NCBI GenBank assembly: GCA_963794325.1
Contig: CAWCDG010000004.1
Coordinates: 1,120,001 to 1,184,000 of the forward strand
Reading direction: 5' to 3'
DNA from: an uncultured delta proteobacterium
GTDB lineage: Bacteria > Desulfobacterota > Binatia > Binatales > Binataceae
DNA: 64,000 nucleotides
A program made the position numbers and the translations under genes. The notes under the pieces were generated by a model. That model was not told the DNA's origin, did not search any database, and saw only the letters and a program-made list of their open reading frames with translations. This document shows, one piece after another, positions 18,377 to 27,897 of the stretch; the first letter of the stretch is position 1; every line of letters begins with the position of its first letter.

Positions 18377-20416
18377 ATGATCACGTGTCCCGAATGCGGC
18401 CTGGAGGCGCTCGACGACGCCAAGTTCTGCGATCGATGCGGCCGGGGCCTGTCCAAAACGGCCTCACCGGTAGCGCAATCGTCGCCGGCCCGGCCGACGC
18501 CGCTGACAGCGGGCGCTTCGCTCAAAGATGGAATCGAAATCGTCGCGCTGACGAGTCAGACGTCGATCGAAAATCGTTACAGCGCGAAACGCGTTCGCGA
18601 GGGCAAGACCGAATCGATCGCATTGCGCGAGCGCTTCGGCCCGCATCCTGAGGAAGAAGTTGTCGAGGAACCGCCGGCCGTCGAAACACCGGCGCCTGCT
18701 GCGCCTGCCGAGGATCCCAACGGTCCGAGTGCGAAGACTGCCGAACTCAAACCGCTTTCTTCGCAAACCAACGGGACCTCATCGCCGGCTGCTCAGCCGC
18801 ATGCTTCGAGTGCGTCGGCTTCGGCCAGCACCTCGGCGGAAGGCATCCAGTCGGCGGTTGAAGACGCAAGTCCAGTCGCTGCCGAACTGGCCGAGGCTGC
18901 CGAGAACGCATCGCCAGATGAAGAGAGCGAAGCGGCGGAAGCCGCAGTCGTAGCCGAGACTCAGCAAGATTCTGCCAGCGACGACCACGCGCCTGAAGAG
19001 GAGCCGCCGGCCTTCGGTGACGATCTCGGCGAGGTTTTCGGGCGAGTGCTCGCGCTATCGCAGACCGTCAGCCATCCAGCATTTCAGCGCGCGACCGAAG
19101 GATTCGCCGAAAATGGGCGCGTGTACCTGGTTTATGCCGACGAGGAACTTAAGCCGCTCCGCCGCGGTTCCCAGAAGATGAGTGAGCCGGAAGCGATCGC
19201 GGCTGCGATACAGGTCTGCCAGGCGATTTCGTTTGTGCATCGCCGTGCGCTGCGCCTGAACGACATCTGCCCGGAATCGGTTGCGGTCGCGAAGGACGGC
19301 CGAATCAAGCTGACGGGTCTGGACTACGTCAGCAACGACAACGAGCTTCAAAGCGAGCCGATTTTCAACGACGGCTACACCGCGCCCGAGATCTATCGCG
19401 GCAAACGAGTCGATAAGCGCGCGGATATTTTTTCCGCCGGCGCGATCCTCTACACCTGGCTCACCGGCGCGAGGATTCCGAGCGAGAGCTGGCGTGAGGA
19501 AGCGGGGCCCGTGCAGTTCTATCCGCCGCATGTCGTCACGCCGCGACTCGAGAAGGCGATTCGCCGCGCGATCGCTTTCAATCCTGCTGACCGCTGGCCG
19601 GCGATCGACGAGTTCAAGGCTGAGCTGATTGCGCTGGGTGGCTCGATCCGGCTGCGCTCCGCGGCAATGACCGACGTTGGCCGCGTGCGGGAGCATAACG
19701 AGGACTCGGTGCTGGCGGTCGAGTACACTCGCGAGTCGATGGTCGAACCGGCGCAGAGCTATCTGTACGTCGTGGCCGACGGAATGGGCGGCGCCGAGGC
19801 GGGCGAAGTCGCTTCTGCAATTGCCGTCCAGACAATCCGGGGTTACATTGAAGCCCGGCTCGATACCGCACGTGGAGAAGTTAAAGACGGAGCGGAGCTG
19901 CTGACGGGCGCTCTCGAAGAAGCGAATTCGAAAATTATTGAATATGTGGCGAGCCATCCTGAATCGCGCGGAATGGGATCGACCGGCGTCTGCGCGCTGG
20001 TCACGCCGACCGACGCAGCGGTCGCGTGGGTCGGAGACAGCCGGGGATACCTGATGGAAGGTGCGACGCTCCGACAGGTCACCAGGGATCACTCGCTCGT
20101 GCAGCGGCTGGTCGAGATCGGGCAGATAACCGCTGAGGAAGCGCATACGCACGAGCACAAGAACGTGATCACGCGGTCGCTCGGCGCGCGTCAGAGCGGA
20201 CCGGCGGGTGCGGAGGCGGTCGCACTCAAGCTGAAACGCGGCGACAAGCTGCTGCTGTGCAGCGACGGGCTGACGGCGCACGCTATGGATCCTCAGATCC
20301 ACGACATCCTCGGGCGCAATGCGGATCCCTTCGACGCGGCGCGCGAATTGATCGTCGCGGCCAACGCCGGCGGCGGTACCGACAACATTTCGGTGATTGT
20401 AGTCTATGCGAGCTAG
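18377..20416 (+). CDS. Zinc-ribbon / degenerate kinase / PP2C (Stp1-type) phosphatase fusion
   Basis: CPECG...CDRCG; kinase C-lobe (LNDICPES, GLD, GYTAPE, DIFSAG); PP2C motifs GRVREHNED, VADGMGG, WVGDSR, CSDGL, GGTDNIS. Confidence 0.9.
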   Translation: MITCPECGLEALDDAKFCDRCGRGLSKTASPVAQSSPARPTPLTAGASLKDGIEIVALTSQTSIENRYSAKRVREGKTESIALRERFGPHPEEEVVEEPPAVETPAPAAPAEDPNGPSAKTAELKPLSSQTNGTSSPAAQPHASSASASASTSAEGIQSAVEDASPVAAELAEAAENASPDEESEAAEAAVVAETQQDSASDDHAPEEEPPAFGDDLGEVFGRVLALSQTVSHPAFQRATEGFAENGRVYLVYADEELKPLRRGSQKMSEPEAIAAAIQVCQAISFVHRRALRLNDICPESVAVAKDGRIKLTGLDYVSNDNELQSEPIFNDGYTAPEIYRGKRVDKRADIFSAGAILYTWLTGARIPSESWREEAGPVQFYPPHVVTPRLEKAIRRAIAFNPADRWPAIDEFKAELIALGGSIRLRSAAMTDVGRVREHNEDSVLAVEYTRESMVEPAQSYLYVVADGMGGAEAGEVASAIAVQTIRGYIEARLDTARGEVKDGAELLTGALEEANSKIIEYVASHPESRGMGSTGVCALVTPTDAAVAWVGDSRGYLMEGATLRQVTRDHSLVQRLVEIGQITAEEAHTHEHKNVITRSLGARQSGPAGAEAVALKLKRGDKLLLCSDGLTAHAMDPQIHDILGRNADPFDAARELIVAANAGGGTDNISVIVVYAS

Positions 20417-20444
20417 GCGCTTGCGACGCGCCGGCATTTAACCA

Positions 20445-22823
20445 ATGGCAACCTCTCCCAAAGACACACCGCAACAAACGGGGCCGCTCGAGGCCGGCAC
20501 CGTGCTGCAGGGACGCTACAAAATCTCGCGGCTGCTCGGCGGCGGCGGGATGGGGATGGTGTATCTCGCGAATGACCAGCGCCTGGCGAATCGTCCGTGC
20601 GCGATCAAAGAGATGGTCGATCACTTTATCGACCAGGCGCAACGAATCGAGGCCAACGAATATTTCGCGCGCGAGGCCGACACTCTCGCCCAACTGAAGC
20701 ATCAGGCGATTCCCGCAATCACCGACCGCTTCGAGCTCGCCAACCGCCATTACCTGGTGATGGAGTACGTCGAGGGGCGCAACCTCGAAGAGGAACTCGC
20801 GGTGCGTGGCGAGCCATTGCCCGAGGGACTGGTGATCGATATCGCACGTCAGTTGTGCGACGTGCTCGCCTACCTGCACGGGCTGGTGCCGCCGATAATC
20901 TACCGCGACATGAAGCCGTCGAACGTGATGCTCAATTCGAACGGGCGGGTCGTGCTGGTGGATTTTGGAATTGCGCGGCTGTTCAAGGCGGCGCGCAAGG
21001 GCACCATGATCGGTACGCTCGGCTTCGCGCCGCCGGAGCAGTACCAGGGCCTGGTCGATCCGCGCAGCGACATTTATTCGCTTGGCGCGACGCTGCATTA
21101 CGTGCTGACCGGCCGCGATCCGGAAAAGTTTCCGCCGTTCAGCTTCCCACCGGTGCGCGACTTGCGCCCGGCGGTTTCGAGCAACCTTGCCGGTGCTATC
21201 GACGCGGCCCTCGCATACGAGATGGACGGTCGGCCGGCGCGCATCCAGGAATTCCGCGACATGATGCTCTACGGACGCGGCCTCGACGCGGCGCGCGTCA
21301 ACTCGACCAGCGGGACCGGGGGTCTGGCGCAGTACCAGGATCAACTTGGGTTCGAAGACGAGCCGGTTACTTATCGCGAGCCGCGCAGCCGCCTGAGCCG
21401 CTCGATCGGCTTGGTAATTTTTCTGATCGTGCTGGCCGGGGCCGCGTTCGGCGGGACCTACCTCTATTCGAACCCGGAACTGCAGATGCGGCTCGGGTTG
21501 AAACCGCTGTTCGACGGACTGCCGTGGAAGCATGAGGAGTTGCTGGCCAAGGCGCGCGAGAATCCGCTGGAGTTTTCGACGATGACGCTGGCGCTCTCGA
21601 CTCGCGAGGGCAACGCGCTTGCGCCGCCGCAATCGAAGTTCAACGACACAGATCTCACCAACGCCCGCTATCTGAAATGGACCGCGACCTTCAAGAATCT
21701 GCTCGCGGGACTCGAAGGGCGTGACGAAAAAGTCGAGGCGCGGTTTTTCGATCCCAACGGACTTCAGATCGCGTCCAGCGATACCAATGCTTTTGTCGGC
21801 CCCGCGCAGCAAACCGCCGATTTCAGCGGCGTCGCGCTGATGCCGACGATGACCGACAAGCCCGCCGGCACCTATAAGGTGGCGCTCTACTCGGACGACA
21901 AGATGCTCACGCAGGAGAGCTTCCAGGTTAATCAGGACCTGAGCGCGAAGAACGCGGCGGTCGCGACAGAGGCGGCAGCCGCGGCGGCGGCGAAAGCTGA
22001 TGAGCGCAAGCGCGATGAAGAAGCGCGCAAGCTCGCCATGATCGACGAGCGTCGCGCCAAGCCGCTGCAACTTCGCAGCATCAACTTTCTCAACACCACC
22101 AAGACCGGTACCGCGCTGTCAGGCGCGACCGATTCGTTCAACGTGTCGAAGGTGCTGTTCGTCGGATGGCAGGTCAATTTCGACAACCGGCTCTACAAGC
22201 TGGAGCCCGGCCAGTACCGCGTCGATGCTGCTTACATCGGTCCGGACGGCCGCACCCTCGGCAGCGTAAACGATTTTCAGCCGGTGTCGCCTAACATGAA
22301 AACGGTGACCTTCAGCGGACGCGTCGGCAATTCACGCGGCGGCGCGTTTCTACCGGGCACCTACACCGTCAATTTTTATTTGAACGGCCAGTATTTCGAC
22401 GCGAAGAAATTCGAAGTGCTGGCCGATGCCAACCCGAGTCCGTACACGTCATATCCGGGAAGTGGAGGCGGCGGCGCGATCGGCAGCACGATGGGCGGCT
22501 CGACCTCGTCGGGCAATATGCTCGGACCGACCATCGCGACCGGCACTATCAGCGGTCTGCGCAGCGGCGGCAATCCCGAGATGGAATTGAGGCTGCGCCC
22601 GCAGTCCAATGGCTTCCTGCACGGCGAGCTGGTGATTCATCAGTCCGGCTTCGGCATGACGCCGATCGAAGGATTCGTGCGCGGCGACCATCTGCAGTTC
22701 CAGGTGCCATACGGCACGGAGACCTACTACTTCGAGGGCCAGCGCCGAGTCGATCAGATCAGCGGCACCTTCGAATCGACCCCATCCGGCGAGCGCGGCA
22801 CCTGGATCACCCAGGCGAACTAG
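20445..22823 (+). CDS. Transmembrane receptor-type Ser/Thr kinase with a repeated extracytoplasmic domain
   Basis: GGGGMGMVY, AIKE, YRDMKPSN, DFG, GFAPPE; TM IGLVIFLIVLAGAAFGGTYLY; two similar ~120 aa beta-rich repeats. Confidence 0.92.
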   Translation: MATSPKDTPQQTGPLEAGTVLQGRYKISRLLGGGGMGMVYLANDQRLANRPCAIKEMVDHFIDQAQRIEANEYFAREADTLAQLKHQAIPAITDRFELANRHYLVMEYVEGRNLEEELAVRGEPLPEGLVIDIARQLCDVLAYLHGLVPPIIYRDMKPSNVMLNSNGRVVLVDFGIARLFKAARKGTMIGTLGFAPPEQYQGLVDPRSDIYSLGATLHYVLTGRDPEKFPPFSFPPVRDLRPAVSSNLAGAIDAALAYEMDGRPARIQEFRDMMLYGRGLDAARVNSTSGTGGLAQYQDQLGFEDEPVTYREPRSRLSRSIGLVIFLIVLAGAAFGGTYLYSNPELQMRLGLKPLFDGLPWKHEELLAKARENPLEFSTMTLALSTREGNALAPPQSKFNDTDLTNARYLKWTATFKNLLAGLEGRDEKVEARFFDPNGLQIASSDTNAFVGPAQQTADFSGVALMPTMTDKPAGTYKVALYSDDKMLTQESFQVNQDLSAKNAAVATEAAAAAAAKADERKRDEEARKLAMIDERRAKPLQLRSINFLNTTKTGTALSGATDSFNVSKVLFVGWQVNFDNRLYKLEPGQYRVDAAYIGPDGRTLGSVNDFQPVSPNMKTVTFSGRVGNSRGGAFLPGTYTVNFYLNGQYFDAKKFEVLADANPSPYTSYPGSGGGGAIGSTMGGSTSSGNMLGPTIATGTISGLRSGGNPEMELRLRPQSNGFLHGELVIHQSGFGMTPIEGFVRGDHLQFQVPYGTETYYFEGQRRVDQISGTFESTPSGERGTWITQAN

Positions 22824-22824
22824 C

Positions 22825-22952
22825 GGGAAGGCGAAAGGAACTTTATTGAAATGTGAAACCCTGCGCGGGTTTCACGCTTCCGCGGCAGGGGTGACCCCTG
22901 CACCCAATGTTAAGAAAAGACAAAGATGCGGGACTTCGTCCCTGTTAGAAGG
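22825..22952 (+). repeat. Structured repeat, family B
   Basis: Begins 1 bp after the kinase stop codon; all three hairpins are present. Confidence 0.9.
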
Positions 22953-22980
22953 TAGGGAGAGGAGATTTCTCTCCGCGATT

Positions 22981-23019
22981 GTTCCCCTTCCCTCGAGGGA
23001 AGGGGTTAGGGGTTAGGTT
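22981..23019 (-). repeat. REP-like repeat, family A
   Basis: gttccccttccc-tcga-gggaaggggttaggggttaggtt. Confidence 0.9.
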
Positions 23020-23124
23020 GCCCTGCAACAAGCTGCAACTGCGCAGCGTCACAGTACGATCTTTGTCGCGCATCACTACCAGTGAAGGCGTGTTATTCTG
23101 AACAAACCTGAAAGGAACTTCGAT

Positions 23125-23508
23125 TTGGACCTTCTCGAAGAGGCGGGGATTCCGCCGCCGAAACCGCCGATAATCACTCCCGAGGATCGCGCTGCGCTTG
23201 CGAGCATGGCGCTCGCGCAACGCCAGTTTTACTTCGTGAGCGCGTTCTTCGCGGGATTGGTCGGTGGCGCCGCGCTCGCCTACTACCTCGGCTACCACGA
23301 CATCGTTTTCACGATCTTCAAATGGGCTATTTCGGGTACCGGACTGGCGCTGATCGTGAGCGCGCTCAACATCACGAAGCTGTATTCCTTCAAGTGTCCG
23401 CGATGTAACGGGAATTACTTCTGGGGCTCACCGGTGGGAATCTTCTGGAAGCAATGCGGCACGTGCGGGCTGCCGCTCAATCTGCCTGACGTAGATCTGA
23501 CTCCGTGA
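23125..23508 (+). CDS. Hypothetical 2-TM membrane protein with C-terminal zinc ribbon
   Basis: Two TM segments followed by KCPRC...QCGTCGL; TTG start with an upstream AAAGGA. Confidence 0.6.
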   Translation: MDLLEEAGIPPPKPPIITPEDRAALASMALAQRQFYFVSAFFAGLVGGAALAYYLGYHDIVFTIFKWAISGTGLALIVSALNITKLYSFKCPRCNGNYFWGSPVGIFWKQCGTCGLPLNLPDVDLTP

Positions 23509-23599
23509 AATTTCCGTCTAACGACTTGGCGAAGAGCACTTTCACTGAAAGACGCTTGAACCTGACCCAAGCACGCGCAATGCTGAAGGATGATGGCAC

Positions 23600-24469
23600 A
23601 TGGCGAGTAACGTCTCCCGCGAAAAACTTCTTTTCTACGCCGCCGCCGGCGCGCTTGGCGGCTTTGCCGCATGGGGGCTCGCGGAGCCAATCCTCGGTAT
23701 CCGCTGGGTCTACGGCCGCGACATTTTGTTCGGTGCGCTGATCGGCGCGCTAATCAGCGCGTTCCTCGCCTCGATCGAAACGCTCAGCGTCGGACAGATG
23801 CGCCAGGCGGCGCGGCGATTCGTGCTCGGTGGTGCTATCGGCGCGGTCGGCGGAGCCTTGGGATTGATCATCGGCGAATTTGCATTCGACATCCTGGGCG
23901 GACTGAACGGCCGAATCCTCGGATGGGGCGTGCTTGGAATTGCAGTCGGACTCGGCGTCGGATCGGCGTCGGGATCGGCGGCGCGGCGGCGCAACGGCGC
24001 GATCGGCGGCGTGCTCGGCGGAGCGCTCGGCGGGTTTTTCTACCAGGCCCTTACCACCACCTTTCCGCAGGCGTTCGGACGCGCGATCGCGATCATCGTC
24101 CTCGGCGCACTGATCGGATTTTTCATTGGACTGGTCGGCGAGCTGCTCAAGCGCGGCTGGCTGATGGTGGTGCGCAGCCAGAGCCGTAACGCACGCGAGG
24201 GTCGCGAGTATCCGCTGGTCAAGGGCGTGACGATTATCGGCCGTGCCGAGGAAAGCGACATCGGATTGTTCGGCGATCAAAGCGTGCTCGGCAGCCATGC
24301 GATCATCCGGCGCGAGGGCAAGAATTTCATCATCAGTCCGACCGGCGGCCAGATATTCGTGAATCGACAGCCGGTGGCGGGCCGCTATCCGCTCAAGAGC
24401 GGCGACCGGCTCGAGGTGGGCGGCACGCTGTTTCTCTTCCGCGAGCGGTCCCAGGCGGCGAATCGCTAA
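23600..24469 (+). CDS. Gly-rich multi-TM membrane protein with C-terminal FHA domain
   Basis: About 6 GxxxG-rich TM helices; IIGRAEESDI...HA...LKSGDRLEVG. Confidence 0.85.
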   Translation: MASNVSREKLLFYAAAGALGGFAAWGLAEPILGIRWVYGRDILFGALIGALISAFLASIETLSVGQMRQAARRFVLGGAIGAVGGALGLIIGEFAFDILGGLNGRILGWGVLGIAVGLGVGSASGSAARRRNGAIGGVLGGALGGFFYQALTTTFPQAFGRAIAIIVLGALIGFFIGLVGELLKRGWLMVVRSQSRNAREGREYPLVKGVTIIGRAEESDIGLFGDQSVLGSHAIIRREGKNFIISPTGGQIFVNRQPVAGRYPLKSGDRLEVGGTLFLFRERSQAANR

Positions 24470-24484
24470 GAGGCCGATAGGATA

Positions 24485-25249
24485 GTGCGGAGCCAGCCGA
24501 ACTTCAGAATCGCGCTCCTCGTCACGATCGTTTCAATTACAATTTCGATGCTTACGGGATGTTCGACCGTCAACCAGGGTGGCGGCACGGCCGCGGCGCC
24601 GACGACGTCGACGCAGACGCTCGAGTACTACCCCTACCAGGTCAAGGGATACCAAAACAGTTATCCCAAAAAGACCATCATGATCCTGATGCCGGCTGAC
24701 GCGCGCGACGCTACCAGCGAGGCCGCGCCGCTGAACGGTAACCCGGCGATCGGCGTGGTTGACGATCAATCGGGCAGCGTAACCGAGCGACTGTACAGTT
24801 CGCCGCTCGGCCCAATCTTCCAGCAAGCAATCGGACGCTCGGCGGATGAAGCCGGGTTGACCGCGTCATCCTCGACCGATGTCACCTACAAGCCCGGCGT
24901 CAAGAATGCCGACTACGTGCTCGAGAGCAAAATTCGCCGATGCTGGGTCAAGAAATCGCGCGGCGCTAACGGCCAGTATGGTCCCGTCTTGAGGTCGGTG
25001 GCCGACGTCGCACTCGACATCTCGATTTACAAGCCGCCGTTCAGTGTCCCCTTCTGGACCGGCAGCACCAACGACACCTATTACGACCCGCCGGTCGGTT
25101 CTTTCGGTCTCGGCTCCGAGGATGAAGCGGGAATCTACGACGAGCCGGGGCAGGTCTTATCGGTCGCGCTGACGCGCGCGGTCGCGGCGATTTTCCAGCG
25201 CCAGGACTTGCGCAACCTGATGCTCGAAGACGACATAAAATCCCATTAG
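24485..25249 (+). CDS. Hypothetical lipoprotein
   Basis: Signal peptide with lipobox LTGC. Confidence 0.7.
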   Translation: MRSQPNFRIALLVTIVSITISMLTGCSTVNQGGGTAAAPTTSTQTLEYYPYQVKGYQNSYPKKTIMILMPADARDATSEAAPLNGNPAIGVVDDQSGSVTERLYSSPLGPIFQQAIGRSADEAGLTASSSTDVTYKPGVKNADYVLESKIRRCWVKKSRGANGQYGPVLRSVADVALDISIYKPPFSVPFWTGSTNDTYYDPPVGSFGLGSEDEAGIYDEPGQVLSVALTRAVAAIFQRQDLRNLMLEDDIKSH

Positions 25250-25416
25250 ACCCGCGGTTCCGTCGCGGTCTTTGAACAACCGGTTTGTTGGAATAGCCTA
25301 GATCGAGCACCGGATACTAAGGAGCCGAGGCGTGTGCGGGTGCGAATTTCCGCCGCGCCGCCGCAAATCCGGATCGTATCGTTTTTTCACTGTATGCCAA
25401 GAGGAAGGCACGCTTG

Positions 25417-26322
25417 ATGGAAATCGGATTCGTCGGTCTCGGCAAAATGGGCATGAACATGGTCGAGCGGCTGCGGCGCGACAATCATCAAATCGTGGCG
25501 TTCGATCTCGACGATGCAAAACGCAAAGAGGTCTCGACCTTCGGCGCCGACGGCGTCGATTCGCTGAAGGAGATGGTCGCCCGGCTCAAGCCGCCGCGTG
25601 GCGTGTGGGTGATGGTGCCGGCGGGCGAACCGACCGAGAGCACGATCAACCAGCTGGCGGAATTGCTCGAGCCCGGCGACGCGATTATCGACGGCGGGAA
25701 CACCAACTTTCACGACGACGTCCGCCGCGCTGCCGTGCTCGCCGCGAAAAAGCTCCATCTGGTCGATGTCGGCACCAGCGGCGGCATCTGGGGTCTCAAG
25801 CTCGGCTACTGCCAGATGATCGGCGGTGAGCTGGAAATTTTCAGGCGCTACGAACCGATTTTCAGAACGCTCGCACCGCCCGACGGATACGATCACGTCG
25901 GCGGGCACGGCGCGGGCCATTACGTGAAGATGGTCCACAACGGAATCGAGTACGGGCTGATGCAGGCGTACGCGGAGGGTTTCGAGGCGATGCACAAGTC
26001 GGACTACAAGTTCGATTTGCCGAAGATCGCCAACCTGTGGCGTCAAGGCAGCGTCGTGCGCTCGTGGCTGCTGGAGCTGACCGCCAACGCGCTCGAGAAA
26101 GATCCGGGGCTCAAGCAAATCCGCGGCTGGGTCGAGGATTCGGGCGAAGGCCGCTGGGCCGTTCAGGACGCAATCGACAAAAACATCTCGATGCCAGTGA
26201 TCACGATGGCGCTGTTCACGCGCTTTCGCTCACGCGCTGACAAGGGCGAAGGAACCTTCGGCGAGAAATTGCTCGCCGCCCTGCGCGACGAGTTCGGCGG
26301 CCACGGCGTCGTCAAGGAATAG
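25417..26322 (+). CDS. gnd: 6-phosphogluconate dehydrogenase (decarboxylating, short YqeC type)
   Basis: GLGKMG, IDGGN, DVGTSGG, GHYVKMVHNGIEY, DSGEGRW, FGGH. Confidence 0.96.
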   Translation: MEIGFVGLGKMGMNMVERLRRDNHQIVAFDLDDAKRKEVSTFGADGVDSLKEMVARLKPPRGVWVMVPAGEPTESTINQLAELLEPGDAIIDGGNTNFHDDVRRAAVLAAKKLHLVDVGTSGGIWGLKLGYCQMIGGELEIFRRYEPIFRTLAPPDGYDHVGGHGAGHYVKMVHNGIEYGLMQAYAEGFEAMHKSDYKFDLPKIANLWRQGSVVRSWLLELTANALEKDPGLKQIRGWVEDSGEGRWAVQDAIDKNISMPVITMALFTRFRSRADKGEGTFGEKLLAALRDEFGGHGVVKE

Positions 26323-26346
26323 GTCCGCGAGGACGAAGTTATTTTT

Positions 26347-27885
26347 ATGGCCGTCACTGCAAACAGAAGCATCGATCTCAACCACCTGCACCCGCTTAAG
26401 GAACGCAATCAGTACGAACCATGCATCATCGTGATCTTCGGCGGCGCCGGTGATTTGAGCCATCGCAAACTGATTCCTGCGTTGTACAATCTCTCGATCG
26501 ACGGCGAATTGCCCGACAAGTTCGCGATCGTCGGATTCTCGATGGAGGATCTCGACGACGAAAAGTATCGCGCGTTCGCGCTCAGCGGCATCGAACAGTT
26601 TTCGCGCCGCCCGGTCGATAAAGAGCATTGGGCGAAGTTCGCCCCGATGCTGCACTTCGTTCGCGGCTCGTTTACCGAGTCCGCCGATTACCTGAAGCTG
26701 CGCAAACGATGCGAGGCGATCGACGAGGAGCGCGGCACCGAAGGCAATCGCGCGTACTACTTCGCGATTCCGCCGGCCTTCATCGACACCTGCTCGGAAG
26801 GATTGACTGCGGCGGGCATGATTCATTCGCCCGGCAGGGGGCAACCGTTCACGCGCGTCGTGGTCGAAAAGCCGATCGGTTCCGATCTCGCGAGCGCGTC
26901 GGAGATCAACGCGGAGCTCGCGCGCCATTTCGACGAGAGCCAGATTTTCAGAATCGATCACTATCTCGGCAAGGAAACCGTCGAGAATCTGATGGTGCTG
27001 CGATTCGCCAACGCCATCTTCGAGCCTATCTGGACGGCGCGTTTCGTCGATCATGTGCAAATTACCGTCGCGGAGTCCGAAGGCGTCGGCACCCGCGCGG
27101 CCTACTACGATCACGCCGGCGCCCTGCGCGACATGGTGCAGAGCCATCTGCTGCAAACGCTTTGCATGATCGCGACCGAGCCGCCCAACACCACCGGCGC
27201 CGAATCGATGCGCGACGCCAAGCTCGACGTGCTGCGCGCGCTGCGCCCGCTCGGCGACGAGGATATCGAGAAACGCGTCGTGCGCGGCCAGTACGGCGAG
27301 GGACTAATCGGCGGCGTGCCGGTCAAAGCCTATCGCGTCGAGGAGCACATCGCCCCGGACTCGCAAGTCGAAACCTTCGTCGCGTTGCGATGCTGGATCG
27401 ACAACTGGCGATGGGCCGGAGTGCCGTTCTACCTGCGCACCGGCAAGCGGCTGCCCAAGCGCTCGAGCGAAATTGCGATCTACTTCAACAACGTGCCCCG
27501 AATCCTGTATAACGCAAATCCACGCGCGCCGTTGGCGCCCAATATGCTCACCATCAGGATTCAGCCCGACGAGGGCCTCGCGCTGCACATTATGTCCAAG
27601 GTGCCCGGCTCGGCGACCAAGCTGCAGCAGGTCAAAGTCGATTTTCATTACGTGACTTCGACGCCCGAAGCGTACGAGACGCTGCTCAACGACGTGATCG
27701 TCGGCGACCAGACGCTCTTCATGCGGCGCGACACGGTCGAGGAAGCGTGGAAGTTCGTTCAGCCGATCCTCGACGCATGGGAACAGTCGCCGATGGATCC
27801 GCCAATCTATGCGGCCGGCTCGTGGGGACCGCTCGAAGCGGCTCTGATGATTGCGGCCGACGGGCGCACCTGGCGAACGCTTTAG
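26347..27885 (+). CDS. zwf: Glucose-6-phosphate 1-dehydrogenase
   Basis: FGGAGDL, EKPIG, RIDHYLGKE, RWAGVPFYLRTGK. Confidence 0.97.
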   Translation: MAVTANRSIDLNHLHPLKERNQYEPCIIVIFGGAGDLSHRKLIPALYNLSIDGELPDKFAIVGFSMEDLDDEKYRAFALSGIEQFSRRPVDKEHWAKFAPMLHFVRGSFTESADYLKLRKRCEAIDEERGTEGNRAYYFAIPPAFIDTCSEGLTAAGMIHSPGRGQPFTRVVVEKPIGSDLASASEINAELARHFDESQIFRIDHYLGKETVENLMVLRFANAIFEPIWTARFVDHVQITVAESEGVGTRAAYYDHAGALRDMVQSHLLQTLCMIATEPPNTTGAESMRDAKLDVLRALRPLGDEDIEKRVVRGQYGEGLIGGVPVKAYRVEEHIAPDSQVETFVALRCWIDNWRWAGVPFYLRTGKRLPKRSSEIAIYFNNVPRILYNANPRAPLAPNMLTIRIQPDEGLALHIMSKVPGSATKLQQVKVDFHYVTSTPEAYETLLNDVIVGDQTLFMRRDTVEEAWKFVQPILDAWEQSPMDPPIYAAGSWGPLEAALMIAADGRTWRTL

Positions 27886-27897
27886 CAGGAGAACCAC

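Noticed and set aside
19055-22070. Long antisense ORFs (460 and 595 aa) opposite the phosphatase and kinase, and similar shadows elsewhere
   Set aside because: These are typical high-GC antisense open frames with Arg-rich, motif-free translations overlapping well-supported genes.
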